From contig OY969564.1 in NCBI GenBank assembly GCA_963701095.1, positions 1,664,001-1,728,000 on the forward strand: a DNA stretch of 64,000 nucleotides, read 5' to 3'. Shown one piece after another: positions 53,886-64,000 of this stretch. The notes under the pieces are model-generated. The model saw only the letters and a list, made by a program, of their open reading frames with translations, had not been told where the DNA came from and searched no databases. The position numbers were made by a program, and so were the translations under genes. This DNA is from an uncultured Methanoregulaceae archaeon (GTDB lineage: Archaea > Halobacteriota > Methanomicrobia > Methanomicrobiales > Methanospirillaceae). The number at the start of each line of letters is the position of its first letter. Within the stretch, counting starts at the first letter, position 1.

Positions 53886-54704
53886 TTAACGCCATGTCAA
53901 CTGTACAGGGTTTCGACGTGGGATACCGTAGATTTTATATTGGGGATAGCCAAACATGAGACTGTAGGCGTATTTACGCCCCGCAGGGAGAGCGAGAGCC
54001 TTCTGCAGGGGTTCGTATACCGCAGCTGCCATGGAAAGGAATCCTGCCCAACAGGTCCCGACTCCAAATGCGGGGGCAGTGATATCGAATGTAGTCAGTG
54101 CAATAAATGCATCGACTGATGCAACCGGGTTGCCCTCAGGGGTATGGGCTATGACGAGATGAGGTGCCCCACGACAGACCGGATCATTTCCGGACTCCCA
54201 CGCCGTTATCAGCGACGGGATATAACCACTCATCGGGTGGTTGCTGTTTTTTAATGTCCGCATCCAGTCAACAGTGAGGCCGGCAAGCCGGTGAACTTCG
54301 CCCGGATTGTGCACGATTAGCCATTGAACCGGCTGCCCGTTCCCGCCGGACGGGGCATATCGTACAATATCGAGGATACTATTGATCTGTTCTTTTGCTA
54401 CCGGTTCATTGGTGAAATGACGTACAGACCTGCGTTTCTTCAGGTAAACGCCGAGTTCTTCGGCAGAGAGACTTCCGGCATTGGCAGGTAAAGCGGACTT
54501 CTCGTCCGGGTGAAAGGCGAGCAGAATCGCCTGTGAAGGGCATGAAACTTCGCAGTGGCCGCACCGGATACAGAGGCCGGCTCGTGCCTCCTTTACATTT
54601 GGCAAAGTGTTCTCATCTGCCGGGTCGATGATCGACGTGGGGCAGATAACGGAGCAGATTCCGCACCGGGTGCAGAGATTCTGGTTGACGAATATTGTAG
54701 CCAT
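53886..54704 (-). CDS. Nitroreductase with an N-terminal 2x4Fe-4S domain
   Basis: CTRCGICSVICP, CIRCGHCEVSCP, RRSVR, APSGGNGQP. Confidence 0.9.
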   Translation of the reverse strand: MATIFVNQNLCTRCGICSVICPTSIIDPADENTLPNVKEARAGLCIRCGHCEVSCPSQAILLAFHPDEKSALPANAGSLSAEELGVYLKKRRSVRHFTNEPVAKEQINSILDIVRYAPSGGNGQPVQWLIVHNPGEVHRLAGLTVDWMRTLKNSNHPMSGYIPSLITAWESGNDPVCRGAPHLVIAHTPEGNPVASVDAFIALTTFDITAPAFGVGTCWAGFLSMAAAVYEPLQKALALPAGRKYAYSLMFGYPQYKIYGIPRRNPVQLTWR

Positions 54705-54898
54705 TTGGAAGAAATATATCTCAACGCCTTAAATAGAAATTGTTAATTATGAAACGGAGATTCATCCGAGAAACTATACTATTATCCTTCGTAGGCAGAA
54801 GAGATAAGCCTGAAGAACAGTAAAATATTTTTCAGAACAATTACCGGATTTTCTTATCACGTCATACGCCTTATCCCCCGGTTCGTTCTAACAGTTGT

Positions 54899-55624
54899 AT
54901 GGACACGGTTATCATTCATATCAGGCAGGAACTCGAGAGCCTGGCGGATACGCAGTTCCAGGAAACCTCCCGGCGTTTTTTTAAAGAGTCGATCGTTTGT
55001 TACGGGATTAAAACCCCAGTCGTTACGGCTCTTGCAAAAAAGTACTGGAAAGAGATCAAATCACGGGAGAAACAGGAAATATTCAGTCTCTGTGAAGAGT
55101 TATACCGATCCGGGCAACTCGAGGAGTCTTTCATTGTTTCAACCTGGACTTATCTCCTTTCCGGGAGGTATGAACGCAAAGATATCGATATTTTCCGACG
55201 TTGGATCGATACCTATATTACAAATTGGGCCTCATGCGACGGTTTCTGCAACCATGCGCTGGGTGATTTTATCGAAATCTTTCCGGAATGCATTGCAAAT
55301 CTTAAGCAATGGACTCGGTCGGGGAACCGGTGGATGCGACGGGCCGCCGCGGTTTCACTTATAATCCCTGCAAAACATGGAAAATTCCTTCATGAGGCAC
55401 TTGAAATTGCTGATCTTCTCCTTCTTGATAACGAAGATATGGTGCAGAAGGGGTACGGGTGGCTTCTCAAAGAGGCAAGCCGCCACCATCAGGCTGATGT
55501 GTTTGAATATGTTATACGCAACAGGCAGGTAATGCCCCGAACTGCGCTACGCTATGCCATCGAACTGATGCCCCCGGAATTAAAAAATGAGGCGATGAAA
55601 AAAGAGCTGCCTGGGGAAAAATAA
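54899..55624 (+). CDS. DNA alkylation repair protein (AlkD-like)
   Basis: NWASCD, W.RRAA, DMVQKGYGWLLK, MPRTALRYAIE. Confidence 0.88.
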   Translation: MDTVIIHIRQELESLADTQFQETSRRFFKESIVCYGIKTPVVTALAKKYWKEIKSREKQEIFSLCEELYRSGQLEESFIVSTWTYLLSGRYERKDIDIFRRWIDTYITNWASCDGFCNHALGDFIEIFPECIANLKQWTRSGNRWMRRAAAVSLIIPAKHGKFLHEALEIADLLLLDNEDMVQKGYGWLLKEASRHHQADVFEYVIRNRQVMPRTALRYAIELMPPELKNEAMKKELPGEK

Positions 55625-55703
55625 TCCTTTCAGACATCTTTTAACTTCCAAAAAAACCGCACTTAACGTCAGGTTTAACATAGCTGCCTTCCCACGCTGT
55701 GCC

Positions 55704-57023
55704 ATGATAATTCGCAGGTGGAATATTGTAACTATTGCACCAGTGCTTCTTTTTCTTTTAGTATTGCTAGCTGGCTGCACGCAAAGCCCGGCAATACAAC
55801 CTCCCCAGACACCAGCTGGGGGAAACTTGACACTCTACGAAGCACCGGCTACACCAGCCCTTAATTCAGGCTCCGGTATCGCTGATTCAAACAACCGGTT
55901 TTCCGCCTCACTGTATCGAACAATCACAAAGGAAAACGAAAACACGGGCAGTAATGTGTTCTTTTCGCCATTCTCAATCTCTTCTGCGCTCGCGCTTACC
56001 TATGAAGGGGCTCGCGGCACAACCGCCGACGAAATACGGTCAGTTTTCTTTTTCCCCGCAAATGAGTCCGTTCTCAGGCAGGGATTTAGCGCTATCAACG
56101 CGGCTATTAACCAGAGAAATGCAGGATATACCCTGAGTACTGCAAATGCTCTATGGGCTGAGAAGAAGTTTGCGTTCCTTCCTGATTACACAAGCATTGC
56201 CGAACAGTACTATGGTGCAAACACTACCGACCTCGATTTTATTGGACAACCCGACGCATCACGCCAGATTATCAACACATGGATAGCTGACAGGACCAAT
56301 AACAAAATCCAGAATCTGCTACCCCAAGGAAGTATCAGTCCCGCTACCAGGCTCGTGATAACCAACGCTGTCTATTTTAAAGGTACCTGGGAAAAACAGT
56401 TCGATCCAAACCAGACGACCGATGCACCTTTTACAAAGCCAGACGGCACAACAGTGACTGCTAGCATGATGCAACAAACTGATGAGGATGCCGCCTATCC
56501 CTACGCGGAAACGGAAGATCTCCAGATGCTCACCCTGCCCTATACAGCAACAAACGAAACGGGACTTTCTATGATAGTCCTTCTGCCTAAAGGAAATAAC
56601 CTTTCAGCTATTGAGCCGTATCTCGACCCGACGAATCTCTCCGCACTTGAACAGTCTGCATCCTCCCGAAGAGTGATGGTATACATCCCGAAATTCAAAA
56701 TTGAATCCCAGTATTCCCTTAAAGACACCCTTAGCACGATGGGAATGCCAACAGCTTTCTCGACTGCAGCAGATTTTTCCGGCATGGATGGAACACAGGA
56801 TCTATACATCAGTGATGTGATCCACAAGGCATACATTGAGGTAAACGAGGAGGGAACCGAAGCAGCAGCAGCTACGGGAGTGGTGATGAACGCTGCTGCT
56901 GCATATCCGGAAGTGCCTCCCACGGTCTTCCGGGCCGATCATCCGTTTGTCTTCTTTATAAAGGAAAACAACACCGGGACAATTCTATTTACAGGGCAAG
57001 TCACGGATCCCAGCAGTGACTGA
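55704..57023 (+). CDS. Serpin family lipoprotein
   Basis: LLAGC; FFSPFSIS, NAVYFKGTW, EEGTEAAAAT, FRADHPF. Confidence 0.93.
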   Translation: MIIRRWNIVTIAPVLLFLLVLLAGCTQSPAIQPPQTPAGGNLTLYEAPATPALNSGSGIADSNNRFSASLYRTITKENENTGSNVFFSPFSISSALALTYEGARGTTADEIRSVFFFPANESVLRQGFSAINAAINQRNAGYTLSTANALWAEKKFAFLPDYTSIAEQYYGANTTDLDFIGQPDASRQIINTWIADRTNNKIQNLLPQGSISPATRLVITNAVYFKGTWEKQFDPNQTTDAPFTKPDGTTVTASMMQQTDEDAAYPYAETEDLQMLTLPYTATNETGLSMIVLLPKGNNLSAIEPYLDPTNLSALEQSASSRRVMVYIPKFKIESQYSLKDTLSTMGMPTAFSTAADFSGMDGTQDLYISDVIHKAYIEVNEEGTEAAAATGVVMNAAAAYPEVPPTVFRADHPFVFFIKENNTGTILFTGQVTDPSSD

Positions 57024-57371
57024 GATTTTCCATTATTTTTTCAGGGTATTAGTAAAATACCCGTAATTAAACGTCGTGATCCGTGCCCCTTCGTCTTCAT
57101 ATAATGATAACCGGCCTTTGAGATCGTTGAGCCTGCAAGGTGTAATCAGGATGCCGGTCATAACATGAATCACCGGTGCGGTTCCCAGTTCCGGTGGATC
57201 ACCTGGTCAAGGCTCCCATGTTAAGGACGAAATCTTCATGATTCTTTAACGATTGTAAGAGTATTGCCACGAGGTCTTCCTGAGTAAGGATAGGTATTTT
57301 TGCCCGTAGATGCTTCGTTCCCACCCATGTACGGACACACTGCATTCAAGATAATAAGAATAGTACCACAG

Positions 57372-58050
57372 TTAAAGCGGACATACCCGGATGCAAATAC
57401 CACACCGCAGGCCGCCGAGAGTTGAGAACATAAAGTCCCGGCAAAGCTGGCCGGAAAGTTCCATCAGAAGAAATTGCCCCTACCGGACAGGCCCTGATAC
57501 ATTTCTGGCAGCCGGTGCACTCAGGCCGGACAAATGCATTACGTGTCGGCTGATCCGCAACAAGCGGCGCATCGGTAAGAATCGCTGTCATACGAATCCT
57601 GGGGCCGGTTTCATGGGTTATTAAAAGCTGGTTAAGACCGAAGGACCCAAGACCGGCGAGCCAGGCTGCGTATTTGAGGGAAATGTCTGCCCGGAGGGTT
57701 TTCTGGTCGGCGTACCACATGCCGAACTCGCTTCCTTCGGTGGGGACAAGAGACGCTTCATATCCCTGTTTTTCCAGATCTCTTGCGAGACGGAATGCAA
57801 TTACCCGGAGCGTTGCCGTGCCTGCCATAAGGGTGTTTGTATATTCGGGCCTGCCTTTGGGGAGGGGTTGGACGCATCCCTTGGGGATCACAACACCAAT
57901 AACAATTACTGAGCGGATCCCGGGCATGAATTCCTGCGGTTTATTCCCGGTATACTCAGGTCTCTGGAATCCCTCAGCGTCGGCTATACCGACAAAATCT
58001 GCCCCCAGTTTTTGGGCCTGTTCTTTAAGTTTTGCAGCACTTACCATCAT
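57372..58050 (-). CDS. QueG-like 4Fe-4S protein; frameshift at about 57447
   Basis: GADFVGIA, SLKYAAWLAGLG, CTGCQKCIRACP; corrected end LCRDFMFSTLGGLRCGICIRVCPL*. Confidence 0.8.
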
Positions 58051-58067
58051 ATTTTCGTGCAGTTCGC

Positions 58068-58658
58068 TTAGATTCCCAGATTTTGTAAAAATCTTTTGTG
58101 AAGCCGTAGATCCCCGCCAAGTTCGGGATGGAAAGCAAGGGCCATATACCTACCCTTCTCGGCCGCAACAATGCCCTCATCAAGTGCCGCAAGGACATTC
58201 ACGCCGGTCCCAACGGCGGTCACCACCGGTGCCCGGATAAAGATTGCATGAAAGCTGCCTCCCTCAAGACCTTTAACTGGAATTTCTGCTTCAAATGACT
58301 CTCTCTGGCGGCCAAACGCGTTACGATCCACAGTCATATCCATGAGCCCCAGTGTGTGAACCCGGGGATCGGACACCTGGTTTGCCATTAGTACCATCCC
58401 TGCGCAGGTTGCAAAGATTCCTCCCGGGAACGTGCAAATGGGGCCATAGAGGCAGTTTTTATCGATTAACCGGGATATTGTTGTTGATTCTCCACCGGGA
58501 ATTGCAAGAGCTGCACAACCGGCGAGATCTGCCGGATTCCGGATTTCGGTAACCGTGGATGCCTTCCCGCACCTCCGCAGACATAGTGCCTTTTCGAATG
58601 CGTCTATATGTTCGCTCACGTCGCCCTGTAACGCGAGCACGCCGATTTTAACGTCCAC
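58068..58658 (-). CDS. pdxT: PLP synthase glutaminase subunit
   Basis: GVLALQG, PGGEST, TCAG, FHPE; GTG start. Confidence 0.95.
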   Translation of the reverse strand: MDVKIGVLALQGDVSEHIDAFEKALCLRRCGKASTVTEIRNPADLAGCAALAIPGGESTTISRLIDKNCLYGPICTFPGGIFATCAGMVLMANQVSDPRVHTLGLMDMTVDRNAFGRQRESFEAEIPVKGLEGGSFHAIFIRAPVVTAVGTGVNVLAALDEGIVAAEKGRYMALAFHPELGGDLRLHKRFLQNLGI

Positions 58659-59544
58659 GGGTCTGCAGCACCTCATCGGGCCTGAGGGTATGAACGTCAA
58701 GACCCGGCATTGCATCACCAAGTCTCCTGCTGACTTTTGCAATTATGGCGGCATCTTCGTAGTGGTTAACTGCTTCAACGATTGCTTTTGCCATTTTCTC
58801 CGGATCTGATGATTTAAAGATTCCGGAACCGACAAAGACCCCATCAGCCCCTAACTGCATCATAAGGGCAGCATCTGAGGGCGTCGCTATGCCGCCGGCC
58901 GAGAAATTCACGACGGGGAGACGGCCTCGCTGAGCACACTCTATAACCAGTTCAGCCGGTGACTCAATAGTCCGTGCATAGCTGATCCGTTCCTGATCGT
59001 CCATGCCCTGGATCTTCCGGATTTCGCCCGTTATCGCATGCATATGGCGGACTGCCTCGACAACGTTACCAGTCCCTGCTTCGCCTTTGGTCCGGATCAT
59101 CGCTGCACCTTCATTTACCCGGCGCAGCGCCTCGCCAAGGTTTCTTGCCCCGCAGACAAACGGGACCTTGAATCGTTTCTTATCGATGTGGTACTCTTCA
59201 TCAGCAGGAGTGAGAACTTCGCTCTCATCTATCATATCGACACCCAGTTCTTCAAGCACCTGCGCCTCGACGAAATGACCGATCCTGACCTTTCCCATGA
59301 CCGGAATTGAGACTGCATCGATGATCTCCAATACCTTTTCGGGATCAGCCATCCGGGCGACACCCCCCTGTTTTCGTATATCGGATGGTACCCGTTCAAG
59401 TGACATGACTGCGACTGCCCCGGCTGACTCGGCAATTTTTGCCTGCTCGGCATTGACGACATCCATGATCACGCCCCCCTTCTGCATGGATGCGAAGCCG
59501 CGCTTGAGAAGCTCAGTGCCAAATCTCAGTTCTTCGAGTTTCAT
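58648..59544 (-). CDS. pdxS: PLP synthase lyase subunit
   Basis: [23 protein letters not shown]. Confidence 0.97.
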   Translation of the reverse strand: MKLEELRFGTELLKRGFASMQKGGVIMDVVNAEQAKIAESAGAVAVMSLERVPSDIRKQGGVARMADPEKVLEIIDAVSIPVMGKVRIGHFVEAQVLEELGVDMIDESEVLTPADEEYHIDKKRFKVPFVCGARNLGEALRRVNEGAAMIRTKGEAGTGNVVEAVRHMHAITGEIRKIQGMDDQERISYARTIESPAELVIECAQRGRLPVVNFSAGGIATPSDAALMMQLGADGVFVGSGIFKSSDPEKMAKAIVEAVNHYEDAAIIAKVSRRLGDAMPGLDVHTLRPDEVLQTRGR

Positions 59545-60498
59545 ATACCAGTACTATGGATCAACCATGCCAATAAAATAAGTGTTCCGGCAGCAGTTGC
59601 CGCAAATGCGAGGGTAACAGCCCGGACGGCACTAATGACGGCCCCTCCCCCTTTTTCAAGAGACTGATAACCATTACCTATTGTGTAAACGCCGGGCTTT
59701 TCAAAACGTATACCGCATCCCCCTGCCATTGCTGCCATGACTATCCCGCCGTTAAAGCCCGGACGTTTCTTTCCGTCACGACGCATTACTTCCCATGCAC
59801 GTCCACCTGTTCCTTTGGTAAGGAAATAGGCAATAAGAAAAAACACGGTTACCCGCGCCGGGATATAGTTAAGAATGTCATCCATCCGGGCAGACCACCA
59901 GCCAAGCCGGATCCGTTCATCCCGGTACCCGAGCATGGCATCCATTGTATTAGCTGCACGAAATATTGCTGCCCCGCAGAGCCCTGCGCCAAATGGTGAG
60001 AGTACTGCAAAATAGAAAAGAGGTGATACTATGCTATCGGTGAGATTTTCAGTCACGGATTCGTACGCAGCTGACCTGATATGTTCAGGATCGAGGAATG
60101 ATGTGTCCCGAGAAACCATCAGTTTCACCTGATCGCGACCTGCATCTACTCCACTTTTTAAAGCTGCCACAACTTCCAACGCATGCTCTTCGAGTGAGCG
60201 CCACGCAAAACAGCATTTGATGAGGAGGGGTGCACCTGCAAGATAGACCAGCCACGGAGCGTCAGCTGCCATACAGGAAAAAAGGCAGAGTGAAAAGGCT
60301 GACAGTTACGATCCAGAAGAGAATCCCTGCTATTCGCTGAAGGATGAGGGGATACAGGGCCGGTTTACCCCACCAGCCGATGAATCGGCCAAGAAGAGCG
60401 ACCGGGTGGTATGGCGAACGGGGGTCTCCAACCAGCCGGTCAACCCCCAGTGCAAGAAAGAGGACTACGCTTGCAAGTATCAGGTCTGTCGGTACCAT
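59541..60498 (-). CDS. cbiB: Adenosylcobinamide-phosphate synthase CbiB/CobD; frameshift at about 60263
   Basis: GDP...[27 protein letters not shown]. Confidence 0.9.
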
Positions 60499-60992
60499 AC
60501 GAAAAGTGCACCGACGATAAGTGCAATGAACGCGGCGAGATTTAAGAGGTCGATCCGGGTGTAATACCAGCTGCTGTACAAAATAAGACTAAGACCCATT
60601 GCGACCATCAGCAGGTGTGGTCGGCCGTGTGCTTCAGGCTGAACGGGGAGTTCTTTTTCCAGCTTTGCCTCTTTCCTCGACGGTTTTACTGCGACCTCTA
60701 CTCTCAGGGTTGCCTTCATTGCTCCATAACCGGCGATGATGTCAATATCGAAAAATCCCGGGGCGCATTCTTTCCGTAACGATATTCCAAGCATAACTTC
60801 GTCTATAACGTACATGTTTTCATGGAAAAAGTCGGTGAACATGCCGGCATTTGAAGTCGTAGCGGTGATATGGATGGGGGCTCCCCGGTTTTTGAACCTG
60901 ATCCTCAGAGTTCCTCCACAATCGACGTGTGCATTTTCGGGAGGGATGTCGATGGAGTTTATGCCAGACCGGTTGAGATGGATTTCGGTCAT
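60480..60992 (-). CDS. Conserved archaeal hypothetical membrane protein
   Basis: LNR.GINSI, N.GAP.H, GYG; two C-terminal TMs. Confidence 0.6.
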   Translation of the reverse strand: MTEIHLNRSGINSIDIPPENAHVDCGGTLRIRFKNRGAPIHITATTSNAGMFTDFFHENMYVIDEVMLGISLRKECAPGFFDIDIIAGYGAMKATLRVEVAVKPSRKEAKLEKELPVQPEAHGRPHLLMVAMGLSLILYSSWYYTRIDLLNLAAFIALIVGALFVWYRQT

Positions 60993-61059
60993 TGTCACTT
61001 CTGCCGTGGATGTTTCAGATACAGCCAGAAATCCAACAGGCAAAAGGGGATTCATTATG

Positions 61060-61245
61060 TCACCGGGTTTCTGCGGTGGTAGGAAGAAGGTTAGGAATAC
61101 CCTCGTTTATAGGATAATCTACGTTGCAGGTGGCACAATGAAGATAGCCCTCAAGGATCTCCTTTTCGTCTTCTGCGTCGATATGAAGCACAAGATCGCC
61201 TTTGCAGACAGGGCAGCAGAGGATATCCATGAGCGAACGTTTCAT
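61060..61245 (-). CDS. trm112: Trm112 methyltransferase partner
   Basis: LMDILCCPVCKGDL..G.L.C..C...YPI..GIPNLL. Confidence 0.9.
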   Translation of the reverse strand: MKRSLMDILCCPVCKGDLVLHIDAEDEKEILEGYLHCATCNVDYPINEGIPNLLPTTAETR

Positions 61246-62255
61246 GCGTATTCTTTCCTGATATCAATGATCTGGGTAAGCTCTGGGCCCGTCGAGATTA
61301 GGGTAACGGGACAGCCAATATCATCCTCGGCGCATTTTAAGAAATCCCTGGCCTTTTTGGATAGTCGGCTGTATTCAGTAATACCAAAACAATCTTTGTC
61401 AATCCGGTCTATGCCGGTGATTGCTGCCTGGGTGCAGCCGTTTATCATGGCCGAGTACCGGGCCATCTCCCCATCCCAGCCTCCAATACGCCGTTTCCGG
61501 TGGGTGACAGTGCCAAATTCCTTGATGCCCATAGCATCTGACTTCTCTGCCGTCATTTCGGTAGAGAACGGGCCTTCGCCTACTCGTGTCGGATACGCCT
61601 TAAAAACAACGATGACGTCATCTATTTTTGTGGGTCCGACACCGTTGTCCGCAGCAATTTGTGACGCGGATGTGTCTTTGCTCGTAACAAACGGGTATGT
61701 GCCGTAATAAAGCGAGATCCCAAACCCCTGGGTACCTTCCAAAAGAACCGTCCTGTTGTTTTTCAGGGCGTCATTGATGGCAAAGGGAACGTCCAGTAGG
61801 TACTCGGCAAGTTCTGGTATATCTTTCGCCTGTGGAGAGATCCTCATCACACGGTCAGCATTTGCCGGCCCGCACCCGGAACCGGTACTACCGATCTTCT
61901 TTGAGAGATGGGCGCTTCCTTTGTCCCGTGCGATGTGATCTTCTGTAATAATGCCACAGCGTTTATCAACAAAAACACGGCCTTTTACACCCAGTGTTTC
62001 AACCTCGTGTTTGAGGACTCTGGGATCAACCAGAACCCCGCTTCCGATGCAGAGTTTGGCCTTTTTATAGACAAAACCGGATGGTACCATCCGAACACTA
62101 TATTCATGATCCCCGACCTGTACCGTGTGTCCGGCATTTGGGCCGACGCCGCCGCGGGAGATGATAACAGGTTCATCCGCATGAGCGATGTGGGCTACAA
62201 TCTTGCCCTTCCCTTCATCCCCAAAAAAGCCACCTACGATAATTGAACAGCTCAT
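61242..62255 (-). CDS. purA: Adenylosuccinate synthetase (short archaeal type)
   Basis: GDEGKGK, GPNAGHT, EGTQG, TRVGEGP, GTVT. Confidence 0.96.
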   Translation of the reverse strand: MSCSIIVGGFFGDEGKGKIVAHIAHADEPVIISRGGVGPNAGHTVQVGDHEYSVRMVPSGFVYKKAKLCIGSGVLVDPRVLKHEVETLGVKGRVFVDKRCGIITEDHIARDKGSAHLSKKIGSTGSGCGPANADRVMRISPQAKDIPELAEYLLDVPFAINDALKNNRTVLLEGTQGFGISLYYGTYPFVTSKDTSASQIAADNGVGPTKIDDVIVVFKAYPTRVGEGPFSTEMTAEKSDAMGIKEFGTVTHRKRRIGGWDGEMARYSAMINGCTQAAITGIDRIDKDCFGITEYSRLSKKARDFLKCAEDDIGCPVTLISTGPELTQIIDIRKEYA

Positions 62256-62389
62256 TGGAATATCATACAATGTAAGCCGGGTTTGGCAATAAAGTCTGCC
62301 CTGTAGAACACAATCGATGGATTAATTTCCTGTTTTTTTGTGCATGCCAGAAAGAACGGTGGGAATGATAAAAAAAGAGATGTTTTCCG

Positions 62390-63547
62390 TTACAGCCCGT
62401 TGACGAACGTTTCTATCCTGCTTAATGCCTCAGTAAGCTCCTTTCGGGAAACTGCATATGCGCAGCGAAGGTGGTAATTCCCGCCGTTGCCAAATACACT
62501 GCCTGGTACTACCGCAACCCGCTGCTCTCTGAGGAGTCTCTCGGCAAATTCTACATCGGAAAGCCCGGTACCTTTCACTGAGGGAAACGCGTAAAATGCG
62601 CCTTCAGGAACATGGCAGGAAAGACCAATTCGGTTTAGTCCGGCGACAAACATGTTGCGACGGAGACGGTATTCGTTGACCATACTGGTCTTTTCATCCT
62701 CAGCTGAACGAAGAGCTTCAAGAGCACCGATCTGCCCCATCACCGGCGCACAGAGCATGACATACTGGTGAATCTTAAGTGCCGCATCACAGATATCTTT
62801 TGGCGCACAAAGAAAGCCCACCCGCCACCCGGTCATCGCATAGGCTTTGGAAAACCCGTTGAGGGTAATGGTTCGTTCCCAGAGATCTTTAACTGTCGCC
62901 ACAGCGGTATGAGTGGATTCATAAGTGAGCTCCGAATATACCTCATCGCTGATGAGCATCAGGTCCCGATCGGTTACAACATCGGCAATAGGTTCGAGAT
63001 CCTCTTTTTTCATCACAGCCCCGGTCGGGTTGTTGGGGAAGTTAATGATTAGGGCTTTCGTTTTTGGCGTGATCTTATTCTGGAGTGCGTCTGGATTAAG
63101 CCGGAAGTTGTCGGTCTCGGAGCATTCAATAGGAACAGGAATCCCACCGGCAAGGCATACACACGGGGCATAGGAGACGTAACTTGGTTCTGCAATGAGA
63201 ACTTCATCACCCGGATTAACGATTGCGCGGATTGCGATATCAAGTCCTTCCGATACCCCGGTGGTAATTATCATCTCGTTTTCAGGTGAGTAATTGAGCT
63301 GATAGCGGTTCGCGAGATGTAATCCAAGCGCGTCACGAAGGGACTGGAGTCCCCGGTTAGAGGTATACGATGTTTGGCCTTGTTCGACAGAATAGATGCC
63401 GGATTCACAAATGTTCCATGGCGTTCTAAAATCAGGTTCGCCAACACCCAAGGAAATAACATCTTTCATCGTAAGGGCTAGATCGAAAAATTTCCGAATA
63501 CCTGAAGGAGGTATCTGCAGGGTTCTGTCTGAAATAAAATTCCGCAT
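62390..63547 (-). CDS. Class I/II PLP-dependent aminotransferase
   Basis: GEPDF, PNNPTG, DEVY, FSKAYAMTGWRVG. Confidence 0.92.
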   Translation of the reverse strand: MRNFISDRTLQIPPSGIRKFFDLALTMKDVISLGVGEPDFRTPWNICESGIYSVEQGQTSYTSNRGLQSLRDALGLHLANRYQLNYSPENEMIITTGVSEGLDIAIRAIVNPGDEVLIAEPSYVSYAPCVCLAGGIPVPIECSETDNFRLNPDALQNKITPKTKALIINFPNNPTGAVMKKEDLEPIADVVTDRDLMLISDEVYSELTYESTHTAVATVKDLWERTITLNGFSKAYAMTGWRVGFLCAPKDICDAALKIHQYVMLCAPVMGQIGALEALRSAEDEKTSMVNEYRLRRNMFVAGLNRIGLSCHVPEGAFYAFPSVKGTGLSDVEFAERLLREQRVAVVPGSVFGNGGNYHLRCAYAVSRKELTEALSRIETFVNGL

Positions 63548-63557
63548 ACAGCCACCG

Positions 63558-64000
63558 TTAGAAAGAGTACGGAAGACGCTCAGTTTCCTGCTGTTCAAAA
63601 AGCGTGTTGCCATTTTCCTTATAGGATTTCATGACAATGTGTGTCGCCGTTTCACGGATGCGATCCATTGGTGCAACATGCTCAGAGACAAAACGGGAAA
63701 CTTCCTGCATGTTCCTTCCGCTCACCTTAACCTGGAGATCGTAGGTACCCGTGATAAGACGCAATGTCCGGACCTGCTTAAAACGGGAAAGCCTTTCCGC
63801 AATCCGGTCATACCCATAGTCACGTTCGGGACTCACTTTCAACTCAATAATTGCCGATACTTCGCTGTTTCCTGCTTTTTCCCAGTTGATGACGGTTGTG
63901 TACTTTCGGATGATCCGGCTTTCTTCCAATGCGTGAATACGTGTTTCCACCTCAGCCGGGATAAGATTTGTCATTGAGCCTATTTCCATCGCAGACAGTC
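63558..64000 (-). CDS. Lrp/AsnC family transcriptional regulator (5' end lies beyond the window)
   Basis: HTH RLSAMEIG, INWEK, TGTYDL, T.THIVMK.YK; frame stays open to the window edge. Confidence 0.88.
   Translation of the reverse strand, partial: LSAMEIGSMTNLIPAEVETRIHALEESRIIRKYTTVINWEKAGNSEVSAIIELKVSPERDYGYDRIAERLSRFKQVRTLRLITGTYDLQVKVSGRNMQEVSRFVSEHVAPMDRIRETATHIVMKSYKENGNTLFEQQETERLPYSF

Noticed and set aside
57024..57345. Possible gene remnant between the serpin and the queG-like gene
   Set aside because: Only short broken frames that I cannot assign to any family
4201..60264. In-frame TGA/TAG as selenocysteine or pyrrolysine codons
   Set aside because: The TGAs at 4201 and 60262 need a frame change to continue; the TAG at 14530 shares its frame with a TAA; EchE has Cys ligands
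2127..60498. Programmed frameshifting or mass pseudogenisation
   Set aside because: The breaks hit essential genes at unrelated positions and fall on homopolymers or AGCT/GTAC; sequencing error is the simpler explanation
60736..61707. Long antisense ORFs (323 aa here; 285 aa at 13053-13910; others)
   Set aside because: Shadow frames of well-supported genes, with no motifs of their own

Overview
64 kb of archaeal chromosome, very probably a Methanomicrobiales methanogen (Methanoregula-like). This assignment is inferred from cofH x2, thermosome, PolD small subunit, echA-F, HisKA_2/PAS kinases and PKD/PEGA surface proteins. Housekeeping and energy genes (cofH, ths, S26 signal peptidase, polD1, a glycogen GT4/GT4/debranching cluster, pap, echABCDEF, hppA, nrdJ, pdxS/T, cbiB, purA) alternate with signalling and cell-surface islands. 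I saw no rRNA, tRNA, CRISPR array or transposase. Main finding: a four-gene minus-strand locus (33432-38492) that reads like an archaeal WxL/Csc-type, donor-strand-complemented pilus. It encodes a large Gly-rich/PKD 'tip' protein and a small 'shaft' protein sharing one C-terminal domain, a membrane-anchored DUF916-like assembly factor with a ZU5/GPS-like HLS motif, and an FN3/TM 'base' protein with the same N-terminal strand as the shaft. Facing it is an operon pairing a secreted M64-like metallopeptidase with a membrane-tethered receiver protein. Other findings: an unannotated 48-aa double-CxxC microprotein, structured leaders before ths and hppA, and about 16 single-base frameshifts. The frameshifts are probably sequencing artefacts, and their clustering at AGCT/GTAC suggests DNA-methylation motifs. 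All family calls come from motif recognition, not database searches.
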